Positions 1 through 9,614 of a stretch of DNA of 64,000 nt are shown here, in pieces. This DNA comes from an uncultured Alphaproteobacteria bacterium (GTDB lineage: Bacteria; Pseudomonadota; Alphaproteobacteria; Rhizobiales; Xanthobacteraceae): positions 125,478 to 189,477 of the forward strand of contig CAVWIS010000004.1 of the NCBI GenBank assembly GCA_963755055.1, written 5' to 3'. Position numbers and translations under genes: made by a program. A model generated the notes under the pieces. That model ran no database searches, was not told where the DNA came from, and saw nothing but the letters and a program-made list of their open reading frames with translations. Numbering within the stretch: the first letter of the stretch is position 1; each line of letters starts with the position of its first letter.

Positions 1-885
1 ATCGCCTTTGTCGCGCAGATAGCCGTGCAGAGATCCGGTCACGGCGGCAAGCAGCATGTCGTTGACGGAGCAGCCGAGCGCCCGGCTGACCGCCTTGACC
101 TCGGGAAGCGCGATCGGGTCGGTCCAGGCCACGCATTTGTGCCCGCTGGGCCTTCCCTTGAAGCGGGTCGGGGTATCGGCGGGCATGAACAGGAGGTAGC
201 CGAGTTCCGCCGCGATGCCCGTGCCGTCGAGAACGGCGCCCGTTCCTTCGATCGCATAGTCGAGAATCCTGCCGGGATCCGACGCCACCGCCAGGGACCC
301 GCGGAGCACATCGCCCGATGTCCGCCACCCCCACTGGACGGCGTCGGTGACCGGCGCCAGCAGCGACAGCCAGGAGCCCTCCTCGCGCCGGCGTGCCCGG
401 GAGGGCGGCCGGTCCGGCTGCGCGTCGGCCTCACGGTCGGCGAGCGACATCACCACCCCCATCAGCGCCATGCCGTCGCCGATCGCGTGATGGATGCGGC
501 TGACCAGCGCGGCCCCGCCCTCGAAATCCTCGACGATGTGGAACTGCCAAAGCGGATGCGCGAGGTCGAGCGGTTGCGACGCCAGTCCGGCGACGTAGCG
601 CTGGAGCTCGGCCTTTCCGGCTGGATCCGGCAGACGCACCCGCCGGATATGGCGGTGGATGTCGAAATCCGGATCGTCGCGCCACCAGTTGCCGCCGAGG
701 CCGAGCTCGGCGCGTTGGCGAAATCGCCGGTAGTCGAGGAGCCGCGTGGCGAGCGTTCGCTGCATCCGGTCGACGTCGACCGGCCCGGCGAGCTTCATCA
801 CGCCGAGGATGACCATCCGGTTGGCCGGCCGATCCATGCGCAGCCATGTGGTGTCGACCGGCGTCATGCGTTCGCGACTGGGCAT
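1..885 (-). CDS. Wax ester synthase / acyl-CoA:diacylglycerol acyltransferase (WS/DGAT) family, N-terminal part; C-terminus runs off the window
   Basis: Minus-strand translation from the ATG (complement of 883-885) reads MPSRERMTPVDTTWLRMDRPANRMVILGVMKL...RIHHAIGDGMALMGVV, containing the WS/DGAT catalytic HHxxxDG motif. The frame is not in the ORF track because the stop lies outside the window. The listed + and - ORFs over 25-952 are Arg-rich and low-complexity. Confidence 0.8.
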   Translation of the reverse strand, partial: MPSRERMTPVDTTWLRMDRPANRMVILGVMKLAGPVDVDRMQRTLATRLLDYRRFRQRAELGLGGNWWRDDPDFDIHRHIRRVRLPDPAGKAELQRYVAGLASQPLDLAHPLWQFHIVEDFEGGAALVSRIHHAIGDGMALMGVVMSLADREADAQPDRPPSRARRREEGSWLSLLAPVTDAVQWGWRTSGDVLRGSLAVASDPGRILDYAIEGTGAVLDGTGIAAELGYLLFMPADTPTRFKGRPSGHKCVAWTDPIALPEVKAVSRALGCSVNDMLLAAVTGSLHGYLRDKGD

Positions 886-1009
886 GTCGGTTCCTTCGCG
901 GACTTTGCACCATAAGAGCCAATTCCGGGCTCGGCGAAATGATTTGGATCAAGTCGGAGCGGTTCCGGATTTGCTAGTTTTCTCTCGAGAACGTCGGGAC
1001 CGGCGAGCC

Positions 1010-1738
1010 ATGAGCGAGACCCAGCGGATCATCGAACGCCTCCACAGTCAGTTGGACCTGGCGGTCCGATTGCGGACCGGCGCCAAGGCCGATCCAGCGT
1101 CAGCCGAGAGACGCCAGAACCTGCGCGCCTGGCAGACCGTGCGGCTCGCCCGCACCCATGCGGATCTCCTGGCCAGCCCGCGGTTCGGACTGGCGGCGAC
1201 CTTCTTCCTGACCGAACTCTACAGTGCCAAGGACATCACCTCACGGGACGAGCAGGTTCGCAGCGTCGTCCCGGTGATGACCCGGCTGCTGCCGGCGTCT
1301 GCCCTGGAGACGGCGTCCGATGCCATCGAACTCGACGCGCTGTCGGAAGATCTCGACGCCGCCATGGTGACCGCCCTGGGGCCTCGGATCACCAGCATCG
1401 ACGCCGCCGCCTATGGTCGCGCCTATCGGCAGGTCGACCGTCGCGACGACCGCGAGCGGCAGCTCGAGCTCGTCCGCCATCTCGGGACATCGCTCGATCG
1501 CCTGGCGCATCAGCGTTTCTCCGGCATGATGCTTTCGCTCATGCGCACGCCGGCGCAGCTTGCCGGGCTGGGTGATCTGCAGGAATTCCTCGAGCGCGGC
1601 TACAAGGCCGTGCACAAGATGGGCAGCGCCGACGACTTCCTGGACCTGGTTGTCGGGCGCGAGCAGAGACTGCTCGAAGGTCTGCTCGCCGGCAGCGACA
1701 GCTTGCTCGAGGAAGGCCCGACGCCGCAGGCCGCCTGA
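1010..1738 (+). CDS. Hypothetical protein (conserved, about 242 aa)
   Basis: ORF 746..1738 trimmed to the internal ATG at 1010 (MSETQRIIERLHSQLDL...) so it does not overlap the WS/DGAT gene. Good GC3 coding bias; no recognisable motif. Confidence 0.5.
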   Translation: MSETQRIIERLHSQLDLAVRLRTGAKADPASAERRQNLRAWQTVRLARTHADLLASPRFGLAATFFLTELYSAKDITSRDEQVRSVVPVMTRLLPASALETASDAIELDALSEDLDAAMVTALGPRITSIDAAAYGRAYRQVDRRDDRERQLELVRHLGTSLDRLAHQRFSGMMLSLMRTPAQLAGLGDLQEFLERGYKAVHKMGSADDFLDLVVGREQRLLEGLLAGSDSLLEEGPTPQAA

Positions 1739-1781
1739 GCGATCAGCTCGCAAGCGTGCGCGCCGGTGAGGCGCGTTGCAC

Positions 1782-3020
1782 TCAGGCCGCCAGCCGGTTC
1801 TTGTACCATACGCCGCCCTTCATGATCGCCGAGAGATACCGGCCCTGGTCCTGAAACAGGCCGAGATCGCTCGTGGGGTCGCCGTCGACGACCAGGAGGT
1901 CCGCATAGGCGCCGGGCACCAGCTCGCCGAGCTCGCCCGGCTTCTGCAGAATCTCCGCGTTCACCACGGTCGCCGACCGGATGATCTCCATCGGCTTCAT
2001 GAGGTCGGAACGGATCAGGAATTCCCGGCTCTGGTCGTCCTGCAGCTGGCCGAGCAGATCTGTGCCGAAGCCGATCCTCACCCCGGCCCGCCGCGCGATC
2101 TCCACCGACCGCAGCCCGGCCTGAAGCACCACCTCGTTCTTCTGCAGGCTGTACTCGGTCAAGCCGTAGTCGCGGCCGCGCCGGCGCATCGAGTCGTAGG
2201 TGACGAGAGTGGGAACCAGGAACGCCTTCTTCTGCGCCATGATGGCGGCGGCCGGCTCGTCGATCAGGTTGCCGTGCTCGATGGTGCGCACGCCGGCCTT
2301 GACGGCGCGCTGGACGGCGATCGACGAATAGGCGTGGGCCGCGACGTATTTTCCCCAGTTGGCCGCCTCCTCGACCGCGGCCTCGATCTCGTCGATGCGG
2401 AACTGCAGGCTTTCCAGCGGGTCGCTCTGGGAGGCGACGCCTCCCGACACCATGATCTTGATCAGGTCGGCGCCCTTGCGCAGCTCGTCGCGCACCGCCT
2501 TGATCACGTCGGGCACGCCGTCGGCGACCCGGGCCGTGTAGGTGAGCCCGGAGCAACAATCGCAGGCGAAGGCTTTTTGCGTGCGCTTGCGGAAGTCGCC
2601 GTGGCCGCCGGTCTGGCTGATCGCCTGGCCGGAGATGAACAGCCGCGGCGCGTCGAGCAGCCCCTGCTCGATCGCCGCCTTCATGCCGAAATCGCCGCCG
2701 GCGGTGTCGCGCACCGAGGTGAAGCCGCGCATCAGCGAGTTCCGCAGCGCCAGGCTGCCCTGCATGGCGAGCAGGGTCAGCGGCACGGCGTCGAGCAGGC
2801 CGATATTCACCTCGGTCAGGAAGATGTGCAGATGCGCGTCGATCAGGCCCGGCATCAGGGTCTTTCCCGCAAGGTCGACGCGCATCGCCTGCGCGGCCGT
2901 GATCGGCCGGTCCGCCACCTCCTTGACCCGGTCGCCTTCGACCAAGACCTCGATGCCGTCGATCGGCTCGGCCTGTCGGGGGTCGAGAAACCGCCCACCG
3001 GAGAACAGGAATGATGACAT
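1782..3020 (-). CDS. Metal-dependent amidohydrolase (imidazolonepropionase / Xaa-Pro dipeptidase-like amidohydrolase family)
   Basis: Translation MSSFLFSGGRFLDP...GLIDAHLHIF...HAYSSIAVQRAVKAGVRTIEHG...GTDLLG shows amidohydrolase-fold metal-binding motifs. ORF 1782..3080 trimmed to the ATG at 3020. Confidence 0.8.
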   Translation of the reverse strand: MSSFLFSGGRFLDPRQAEPIDGIEVLVEGDRVKEVADRPITAAQAMRVDLAGKTLMPGLIDAHLHIFLTEVNIGLLDAVPLTLLAMQGSLALRNSLMRGFTSVRDTAGGDFGMKAAIEQGLLDAPRLFISGQAISQTGGHGDFRKRTQKAFACDCCSGLTYTARVADGVPDVIKAVRDELRKGADLIKIMVSGGVASQSDPLESLQFRIDEIEAAVEEAANWGKYVAAHAYSSIAVQRAVKAGVRTIEHGNLIDEPAAAIMAQKKAFLVPTLVTYDSMRRRGRDYGLTEYSLQKNEVVLQAGLRSVEIARRAGVRIGFGTDLLGQLQDDQSREFLIRSDLMKPMEIIRSATVVNAEILQKPGELGELVPGAYADLLVVDGDPTSDLGLFQDQGRYLSAIMKGGVWYKNRLAA

Positions 3021-3169
3021 GCTGATGTGTGTCCTGGATTGCGGGGCGAGGTCGGTCAGGCGCGACAGGGAGCGTGGCATCTCTCGCGGGGCCCTCGGAG
3101 GACGAAATTATCGGCGAGCGGCCAAAACCTTTCAATCGGTTTTGCCGGCGCACCGGCATTGACGCCTCC

Positions 3170-3988
3170 GGCATGCCGGATATCGTGTCGCCGGACCCGG
3201 CCGACACAGGAGTGATCGTGGCCCTTCTGGAAGTCCGCGGCGTGACGAGAAGCTTCTACGGCGTCAGCGCGCTCTGCGGCGTCGACCTCGACGCGGAGGA
3301 AGGCCGCATCACCGGATTGATCGGACCGAACGGCGCCGGCAAGACGACGCTTTTCAATTGCATATCGGGGCTCGTTCCCCCGGATTCCGGCTCGGTGCGT
3401 TTCGCCGGCCGCGACATCACCGGCCGGCGCTCCGACGAGATCACGCGCGCGGGACTTTCACGGACGTTCCAGATCGCCCGCGGCTTTCCCCGGCTGACCG
3501 TGCTCGAGCATCTGTTGCTCCACGGTCCGGATCACCCGGGTGAGCATCTGGGCGCGGCGCTGAGACGATCGGCACCGATGCTGCGTCGCGAGGAGACGTT
3601 GCTCGCGCATGCGGTCGCGGTCGCCGAGCGGCTCGGCCTGGCGCGCATGCTGGAAAGCCGGGCCTCGGAGCTTTCGGGCGGACAGAAGAAGCTGTTGGAG
3701 ATCGGCCGCGCGCTGATGGCGGAGCCGAGGCTCATCCTGCTCGACGAGCCCGTCGCCGGAGTGAACCCGACGCTGGCGCGCGAGATCGGCGAGACCCTGC
3801 GCGGTCTCGCCGCCGACGGCATCACGATCCTGCTGATCGAGCATCAGATGGATACGATCTCGCGACTGTGCGACCACGTGATCGTGATGGCCGAGGGGCG
3901 GCGGCTGATCGAAGGCTCGTTCGCCGAGCTCGCCCGCAACCCGCTGGTGCAGGACGCCTACATGGGACGCAGCAAATGGGCGTCCTGA
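3170..3988 (+). CDS. livG: Branched-chain amino acid ABC transporter ATP-binding protein (LivG-like)
   Basis: Walker A GPNGAGKTTLFN, signature LSGGQKKLLEIGRAL and the LivG C-terminal extension. Start is ambiguous (ATG 3170, or GTG about 3216 after an AGGAG). Confidence 0.8.
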   Translation, partial: GMPDIVSPDPADTGVIVALLEVRGVTRSFYGVSALCGVDLDAEEGRITGLIGPNGAGKTTLFNCISGLVPPDSGSVRFAGRDITGRRSDEITRAGLSRTFQIARGFPRLTVLEHLLLHGPDHPGEHLGAALRRSAPMLRREETLLAHAVAVAERLGLARMLESRASELSGGQKKLLEIGRALMAEPRLILLDEPVAGVNPTLAREIGETLRGLAADGITILLIEHQMDTISRLCDHVIVMAEGRRLIEGSFAELARNPLVQDAYMGRSKWAS

Positions 3989-4683
3989 CGGTCTCCGGGA
4001 TTGCGGCCGGCTATTCGGCGGCGGACGAGGTCCTCAAGGATCTCGACTTTGCCGCCGACGAGAGCGAGATCGTCTGCGTGATCGGACCCAACGGCGCCGG
4101 GAAGTCGACCCTGCTGCGGGCAATCGCCGGGCTGCTGCGGCCGTCGCGGGGCAGCATCGTCTGGAACGGCCAATCATTGACGGATCGCACGCCGGCCGAG
4201 ATCGCACGCCTGGGCATCGCCTATGTGCCGCAGGAGCACAACATCTTCGCCACCATGACGGTGCGCGAGAATCTCGAGATCGGCGGCTATGTGGATCCGG
4301 CCGGCACGCCGGCGCGGATCGCCGAGGTGATGGAGCGCTTCCCGCTGCTGGCACAGAAGCGGCGGCACGTGGCCCGCACGCTGTCGGGCGGCGAACGGCA
4401 GATCCTCGCCATGGCGATGGCGCTGATGGTGGACCCGAAAATGCTGCTGCTCGACGAGCCCTCCGCCGGTCTCTCCCCGCTCGCCGCCGCAAAACTGTTC
4501 GACACCGTGGTGGCGATCAAGCGCGGCGGGATCTCGGTGGTGCTGGTCGAGCAGAATGCCGACCAGGCGCTGGCGATCTCCGATCGCGCCTACCTGCTGG
4601 TCGACGGCCGCAACAGGAGCACCGGCCGCGCCCGCGATTTTTCCACCGACCCCGACATCCGCAAGGCCTTCCTCGGCGGCTGA
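3970..4683 (+). CDS. livF: Branched-chain amino acid ABC transporter ATP-binding protein (LivF-like)
   Basis: MGVLTVSGIAAGY...GPNGAGKSTLL...LSGGERQILAMAMAL. Overlaps the livG stop, consistent with translational coupling. Confidence 0.85.
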   Translation, partial: QQMGVLTVSGIAAGYSAADEVLKDLDFAADESEIVCVIGPNGAGKSTLLRAIAGLLRPSRGSIVWNGQSLTDRTPAEIARLGIAYVPQEHNIFATMTVRENLEIGGYVDPAGTPARIAEVMERFPLLAQKRRHVARTLSGGERQILAMAMALMVDPKMLLLDEPSAGLSPLAAAKLFDTVVAIKRGGISVVLVEQNADQALAISDRAYLLVDGRNRSTGRARDFSTDPDIRKAFLGG

Positions 4684-4724
4684 ACCTGCCGGCGCCGGCC
4701 GGCCCCACGACAAGGATCGACCTC

Positions 4725-5936
4725 ATGTCCACTTCAAGCCTGGCTTCACGCCGCACCATCATCCGGGGCGCTGCTTCTGTCGCGGCCGGTGCCTTGATAT
4801 GTCCCCGGATCGGCGGCGCGCAATCGCCGGCGCTGCGCCTCGGCGTGCTCACGCCGCTGACCGGCGCCGGCGGCTTCGATGGCCCACGCATGCTCAAGGC
4901 GATGCAGGCGGTTGCCGCCGAGGTCAATGCGGCTGGCGGCATCCGCGGCCAGAAGGTCGAGCTCGCCATCGAGGACGACCAGACCAGCCCGGAGGCCGCC
5001 GTCCGCGCCGCCCGAAAGCTCATCGACGTCGACAAGGTGCCGGTGATCATGGGCACCTGGGCCTCGGCGGTCACCTCCGCGGTCGCGCCGGTGTGCTGGG
5101 AAAGCAAGACCTTCCTGCTCACCTGCTCCGGCGCCGACACCATCACCCAGCTGCCGCATCAGGGTTATCTGGTCCGCACCCAGCCCAACAGCAACCTGCA
5201 GGCCACCAAGCACGCCGAGTTCATCGCCGGGCTCGGCATCAAGCGCGTCTACATCATGTCGATCCAGGCGCCGTTCGCGCTGCCGACGCAACGGCGGCTC
5301 GAGGAGGTGCTGGCAAAGAACGGATCGGCGATGACCGGCGCGCTGATCTACGAGAAGGACAAGACCACCTATCGCTCGGAGGTCGATCAGGCGCTGCGGG
5401 CCAACCCCGACCTGATCTATCTCAATGGCTATGCGCCGGACGTCACCGTGCTCATGCGCGACCTCTATCGGGCGGGGTTCACCGGGCCGCGCGTCGCCCA
5501 GTCCTATGCGCTCACCAGCAAGGTGCTGGAATCGCTTCCCGCCGACGTCACCGAGGGTGCCTATACGGTGCAGCCCTCCGCCGACGTCGGCTCGCCGGCC
5601 TACGCCATGGCGGCCAAGCGCCTCGGCGTCAGCGATCCCGACACCTACGAGTGTCAGGCCAACGACTGGATGAGCCTCGTCTGCCTGACCATCGCCAAGG
5701 CGCAGGCCGCGACCGGGACCGCGTGCCGGGACAATGTGCGGAAGATATCGCAAGGCTCGGGGGTCAAGGTCACCTCGGCGGTCGAGGGCCTGAAGCTCCT
5801 GGCCGAGGGCAAGGAGATCAACTACGAGGGCGCGAGCGGCCCGTGCGACTTCACTGACATCGGCGACATCCTCGACTGCAAGTTCCGCTACAACAAGGTG
5901 GAGGCCGGAAAATTCAACCTGGTGAAGATCGTCTGA
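4725..5936 (+). CDS. ABC transporter substrate-binding protein, Leu/Ile/Val-binding (LivK/LivJ) family, Tat-type signal
   Basis: N-terminal RRTIIRGAASVAAGAL signal. Type-I periplasmic binding protein fold features. Sits inside the liv operon. Confidence 0.8.
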   Translation: MSTSSLASRRTIIRGAASVAAGALICPRIGGAQSPALRLGVLTPLTGAGGFDGPRMLKAMQAVAAEVNAAGGIRGQKVELAIEDDQTSPEAAVRAARKLIDVDKVPVIMGTWASAVTSAVAPVCWESKTFLLTCSGADTITQLPHQGYLVRTQPNSNLQATKHAEFIAGLGIKRVYIMSIQAPFALPTQRRLEEVLAKNGSAMTGALIYEKDKTTYRSEVDQALRANPDLIYLNGYAPDVTVLMRDLYRAGFTGPRVAQSYALTSKVLESLPADVTEGAYTVQPSADVGSPAYAMAAKRLGVSDPDTYECQANDWMSLVCLTIAKAQAATGTACRDNVRKISQGSGVKVTSAVEGLKLLAEGKEINYEGASGPCDFTDIGDILDCKFRYNKVEAGKFNLVKIV

Positions 5937-5949
5937 GGGACCCGCGGCT

Positions 5950-6816
5950 TTGCCGGTGGAAATCCTTCAGCTCGTGCTCAACGGCGCCATGGCGGGTACC
6001 ATCCTGGCGCTTCCCGCCATCGGACTGACCGCGATCTTCGCGGTGCTGCGCTTCCCGAACTTCGCGCTCGCCTCGCATGCGACCGTCGGGGCGTTTGCGG
6101 GCTACCTCGCCAACGTCGCCTGGGGCTTGCCCATCATCCCGTCGCTCGCCTGCGCCTTCGTGGTCGCGGGCTCTCTCGGGGTCATGAGCGACGAGCTCGT
6201 GCTCAAGCCGTTCCGCGCCTCGGGCTCGATCACCACGGCGATCGGCTCGATCGCTCTCACCATCGCGATCGAGAACGTCGTGCGCTTCATCTTCGGCAAC
6301 GAGCTGCGCGGCTACGACCTGGCGCTGCGCCGCGACTGGCGCTTCGACGGCATTCGCATCGGCCCGCAGCAGGTCGAGAACCTGGCTCTCGCCGTTGCCG
6401 TCATGGCGGCGGTCTTTCTGTTCCTTGCCTTCACCCGCGCCGGCAAGGCGATGCGCGCGGTTGCCGACAATCCGACGCTCGCCGACATCAAGGGCATCGA
6501 CGCGGCGGTCGTCGCCCGCAGCGTGTCGTTCGTCGGCATGGGGCTAGCAGGCCTCGGCGGCATGCTGATCGGCCTCGACTCGACCATCGACCCGCTCACC
6601 GGCTTCCGCTCCATCCTGTCGGTATTTGCCGCCGCGGTAGTCGGCGGGCTCGGCAGCATTCCGGGCGCCGTGATCGGGGCGCTCACGGTCGGCATCGGCG
6701 AGGAGCTTTGTCTGTTGTTCCTGGCGCCGAATTATCGCAGCGCCGTCGGCTTCCTCGCCATCCTGCTGGTGCTGACGTTCCGCCCGCGCGGGATTCTCGG
6801 CGCCAGGGCCTATTAG
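5950..6816 (+). CDS. livH: Branched-chain amino acid ABC transporter permease (LivH-like)
   Basis: Multi-pass hydrophobic protein: MPVEILQLVLNGAMAGTILALPAIGLTAIFAVLRFPNFA... Confidence 0.8.
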   Translation: MPVEILQLVLNGAMAGTILALPAIGLTAIFAVLRFPNFALASHATVGAFAGYLANVAWGLPIIPSLACAFVVAGSLGVMSDELVLKPFRASGSITTAIGSIALTIAIENVVRFIFGNELRGYDLALRRDWRFDGIRIGPQQVENLALAVAVMAAVFLFLAFTRAGKAMRAVADNPTLADIKGIDAAVVARSVSFVGMGLAGLGGMLIGLDSTIDPLTGFRSILSVFAAAVVGGLGSIPGAVIGALTVGIGEELCLLFLAPNYRSAVGFLAILLVLTFRPRGILGARAY

Positions 6817-6823
6817 GAGAGTT

Positions 6824-7784
6824 TTGGGCGCAATGGAGAACTACGTCATCGCCATGGGGGTCTCGGCCGGTATCTACGCCCTGATGGCGCTCGGGCTCAA
6901 CGTGATCTGGGGCATGGCCGGGCAGGTCAATCTCGGGCTGGTGGGATTTTTCGGCGTCGGCGCCTATGTATCCGCTCTCGTCACGCTCAAGCTCGGATTT
7001 CCGATTGTCGCCGGCATGATCTGCGGGGCGCTGGCCGCCGCTCTGGTCGGCGGGATCGTGTGCTGGGTGACGGCGCCGTTGCGCGGCGACTATCTGGCGA
7101 TCGTGACGCTGGGCTTCGCCGAGACGATCCGCATCGTCGCCAGCAACGAGATCTGGCTCACCAACGGCACCGACGGCATTTCCGGCATCCCCGGTCCGTT
7201 CCGCTCCGCGCTGGGGCCGAGCGAGTTCAATCTCCTCTATCTCTGCCTGGTCGCCATGGTGGTCACCGCCGCGTTCTTCGTGGCCGAACGGGTGAGCTGG
7301 TCGCCGTTCGGCCGGGTGCTCCGTGCGATCCGCGACGACGAGCAGGCCGCCGCAGTCGCCGGCAAGTACACCATCGCCTTCAAGATCCAGGCCTTTGCGC
7401 TGGGCAGCGCGGCGCTCGGCCTCGCCGGCGCGCTCTACGGCCATTACACCTCCTACATCGCGCCGGATCTCTTCGTGCCGCTGCTGACCCTCTACATCAA
7501 GCTCTCGCTGCTCGCCGGCGGCCTCGGCAACAACCGCGGTGCCGTGGTCGGCGCCATCGTGGTGGTGTTCTTCCTCGAGTTCGACGCGCTTCATCGTGCC
7601 GCTCGTCCCCGGGCTCGCTCCCGTCCAAGGCGCAGCTTTGAGGGAAATCCTTGTCAGCGCCGCCCTGATCGTCATTCTCCGCTACCGCCCGCAAGGCTTG
7701 GTTCCGGAGGAACGGATGCACCCGGTCATCGCCCTGCCCCAAATCATGGGCGACCCGGCGAAATCAACGGAAGGCCGCCCATGA
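6824..7784 (+). CDS. livM: Branched-chain amino acid ABC transporter permease (LivM-like), interrupted by an apparent frameshift near 7585-7595
   Basis: N-terminal two-thirds is in frame 2 (ORF 6824..); the conserved C-terminus FIVPLVPGLAPVQGAALREILVSAALIVILRYRPQGL is in frame 0 (ORF 7539..7784). The switch falls in a GCGC run (gacgcgcttcatcgtg); a 2-nt deletion would restore FLEFDARFIVPL. Confidence 0.7.
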
Positions 7785-8284
7785 GTCAGGCAAAGCAGCA
7801 GATCACCATCGCCGATGTCGCCGGGATCATGAACATCGCCGCGACGCAGGCCGAAGCCGGCGTCGCCTTCGGCGCCGTCGACGATCTGGCGAAGCGCACC
7901 GTCGGGCACACGCTGTTCACGGTCATGCGCAATCTCGACCAGACTGCCGAGGTCGAGCGCCTCTATTCCAGCGACCCCGCCGCCTACCCGGTCGGCGGAC
8001 GCAAGAAGAAGGAGGGCACGCGCTGGGGCGGCATCGTGCTCGACCGCGGCGAGGTCTTTCTCGCGCCCGACCCCGATGCGCTGCGCGCGGCCTATCCGGA
8101 CTACGAGCTGATCGTCAGCCTCGGCATCGGCGCGATCCTCAACATCCCGATCTGCTACGCCGGCCGCTGCATCGGCACCATGAACCTGTGCGGCAAAGCC
8201 GGCCAGTATGGCGAGGCCGACATCCCGACCGGAAAGGTTCTGGCGGGGCTCTTGGTGCCGATGGTGATCAGTAGGATGGGTTGA
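7779..8284 (+). CDS. GAF domain-containing protein (about 168 aa)
   Basis: MSQAKQQITIADVAGIMNIAATQAEAGVAFGAVDDL...VSLGIGAILNIPI.. is typical of free-standing GAF proteins. The ATG overlaps the livM stop (ATGA). Confidence 0.7.
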
Positions 8285-8381
8285 GCATTTCGCGAAACCC
8301 ATCACTTTGTTTGCTCATCTTGATTGATGGGTTTCGCCATAGCCCGCGAAGACGGGCGTAAACGCCCTGATGGCTCAACCC
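8262..8381. repeat. Nested palindromic element (about 120 bp) between two convergent genes
   Basis: Outer inverted repeat AGGATGGGTTGAGC / GCTCAACCCATCCT (8268-8281 and 8363-8376). Inner inverted repeat CGAAACCCATCA / TGATGGGTTTCG. The outer arms overlap the last codons of the GAF gene and of the M24 peptidase gene. Confidence 0.6.
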
Positions 8382-8384
8382 ATC

Positions 8385-9572
8385 CTACAAGATCGTGTTC
8401 GTCCGGATGTCTCTGGGCGCATTGGTCAGCGTCTCGGGTTTCTGGCCGATCACCACGGAATTGTCGATGCGAAAGCCGCCGAGGCCGTAGACGTAGATGC
8501 CGGGCTCGACGGAAAACACCTCGCCCTTCAGCAGCGGGCGGTAGCAGAACGGCATGTCGTCGGGATATTCGTGGCCCTGCACCCCCATGCCGTGGCCGGT
8601 GCGGTGCAAAATGTTCTCGCCGAATCCGGCCTTCTCGATCACCGCCTGGGCGGCTGCGTCGATCGCCGCCACCGGATTGCCGGCGACCGCCGCGATGGTG
8701 CCGGCCTCGTTGGCGGCGCGCGCCGCCTCGTAGAGCGCCGCCTGCTGGTTGGAGGGTTTTCCAACGAAGAAGGTGCGCTCGTTCTCGGTCATCATGCCGT
8801 TGAGGCGGACGTTGCAGATGTTGACGATGCCGTGGCCCTTCTCGATCGTCGCGCCGGTCGGCATGCCGTCACCGTGGGGCGAGGCCGAGGCCGGTCCGCT
8901 CAAGGTCATGCAGCGGATCTCCGCATTCTCGCCGGGAAGGCGCTTTGCCGCCTCCTCCGAGATCATCGCCGCGATGGAGAAATCGAGCTCCTGCAGGCGG
9001 CGACCCGGGCGGATATTTTCCAGATAGCGCTGCTGGCCCCAATCGGACAGCGACCCGGCGGCACGGTGGACGACCAATTCCTCCTCGCACTTGACGAAGC
9101 GCATCTCGCGCAGCGTCGACAGGCACGCCACCAGCTTGAGGTCGGGCAGCAGCGCCGCGACCCGCGCCAGCGGCCCGCCGGCGGCGTCGACCCCGATGGC
9201 TGAGCGCGCAAGGCCATGCTGCCGCAGCAGGTCGGCCACCATCTCGGCCCACTGGACGCGGACCGGCACCCGGTTGGTCGTGCGCGGATGCTCGCTCCAG
9301 ATGCTGACGTCGCTCACCCACATCACCCCGCGCTCGACGGTGCCGCGCACATGATTGGTGGAGAGCTCGTTCATCACGGCGAACGGCTCGCCGTCGCGCG
9401 GCATTACGACGACGATCGGCCGCTCCCACAGCTGGACGTCGACGTGGAAATTGGTCGCCCATTGGAAGAAGTCGCCGGTGAGGAAGGCCAGCGCGTCGAG
9501 CCGGTTCGCCTCCATGGTCTTGCGCATGATGTCGCGGCGGTAGTCGAAGGTCTTCTTGCTCAGAAACGCCAT
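8385..9572 (-). CDS. M24-family metallopeptidase (Xaa-Pro aminopeptidase / creatinase-like)
   Basis: MAFLSKKTFDYRRDIMRK...: creatinase-type N-domain plus pita-bread-fold C-terminus with HGMGVQGHE / SVEPGIY metal-ligand motifs. Confidence 0.8.
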   Translation of the reverse strand: MAFLSKKTFDYRRDIMRKTMEANRLDALAFLTGDFFQWATNFHVDVQLWERPIVVVMPRDGEPFAVMNELSTNHVRGTVERGVMWVSDVSIWSEHPRTTNRVPVRVQWAEMVADLLRQHGLARSAIGVDAAGGPLARVAALLPDLKLVACLSTLREMRFVKCEEELVVHRAAGSLSDWGQQRYLENIRPGRRLQELDFSIAAMISEEAAKRLPGENAEIRCMTLSGPASASPHGDGMPTGATIEKGHGIVNICNVRLNGMMTENERTFFVGKPSNQQAALYEAARAANEAGTIAAVAGNPVAAIDAAAQAVIEKAGFGENILHRTGHGMGVQGHEYPDDMPFCYRPLLKGEVFSVEPGIYVYGLGGFRIDNSVVIGQKPETLTNAPRDIRTNTIL

Positions 9573-9614
9573 CTTGGATTCCCTTCTTCTCGTATTGAAC
9601 ATTGAAACCTGCGG

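Noticed and set aside
25-952. Long ORFs 25..915 (+), 431..952 (-), 39..434 (-)
   Set aside because: Arg/Pro/Gly-rich, low-complexity translations typical of off-frame reading in high-GC DNA. The unlisted minus frame gives a clean WS/DGAT protein with the HHxxxDG motif.
1600-3207. 535-aa minus-strand ORF 1600..3207 and 412-aa plus ORF 1776..3014
   Set aside because: Antisense or shifted frames of the amidohydrolase gene; both are compositionally biased (poly-R/G/D) with no motifs.
8370-9203. 277-aa plus-strand ORF 8370..9203 and 465-aa minus ORF 8869..10266
   Set aside because: Antisense or shifted frames over the M24 peptidase and permease genes with poly-R/D/G composition.
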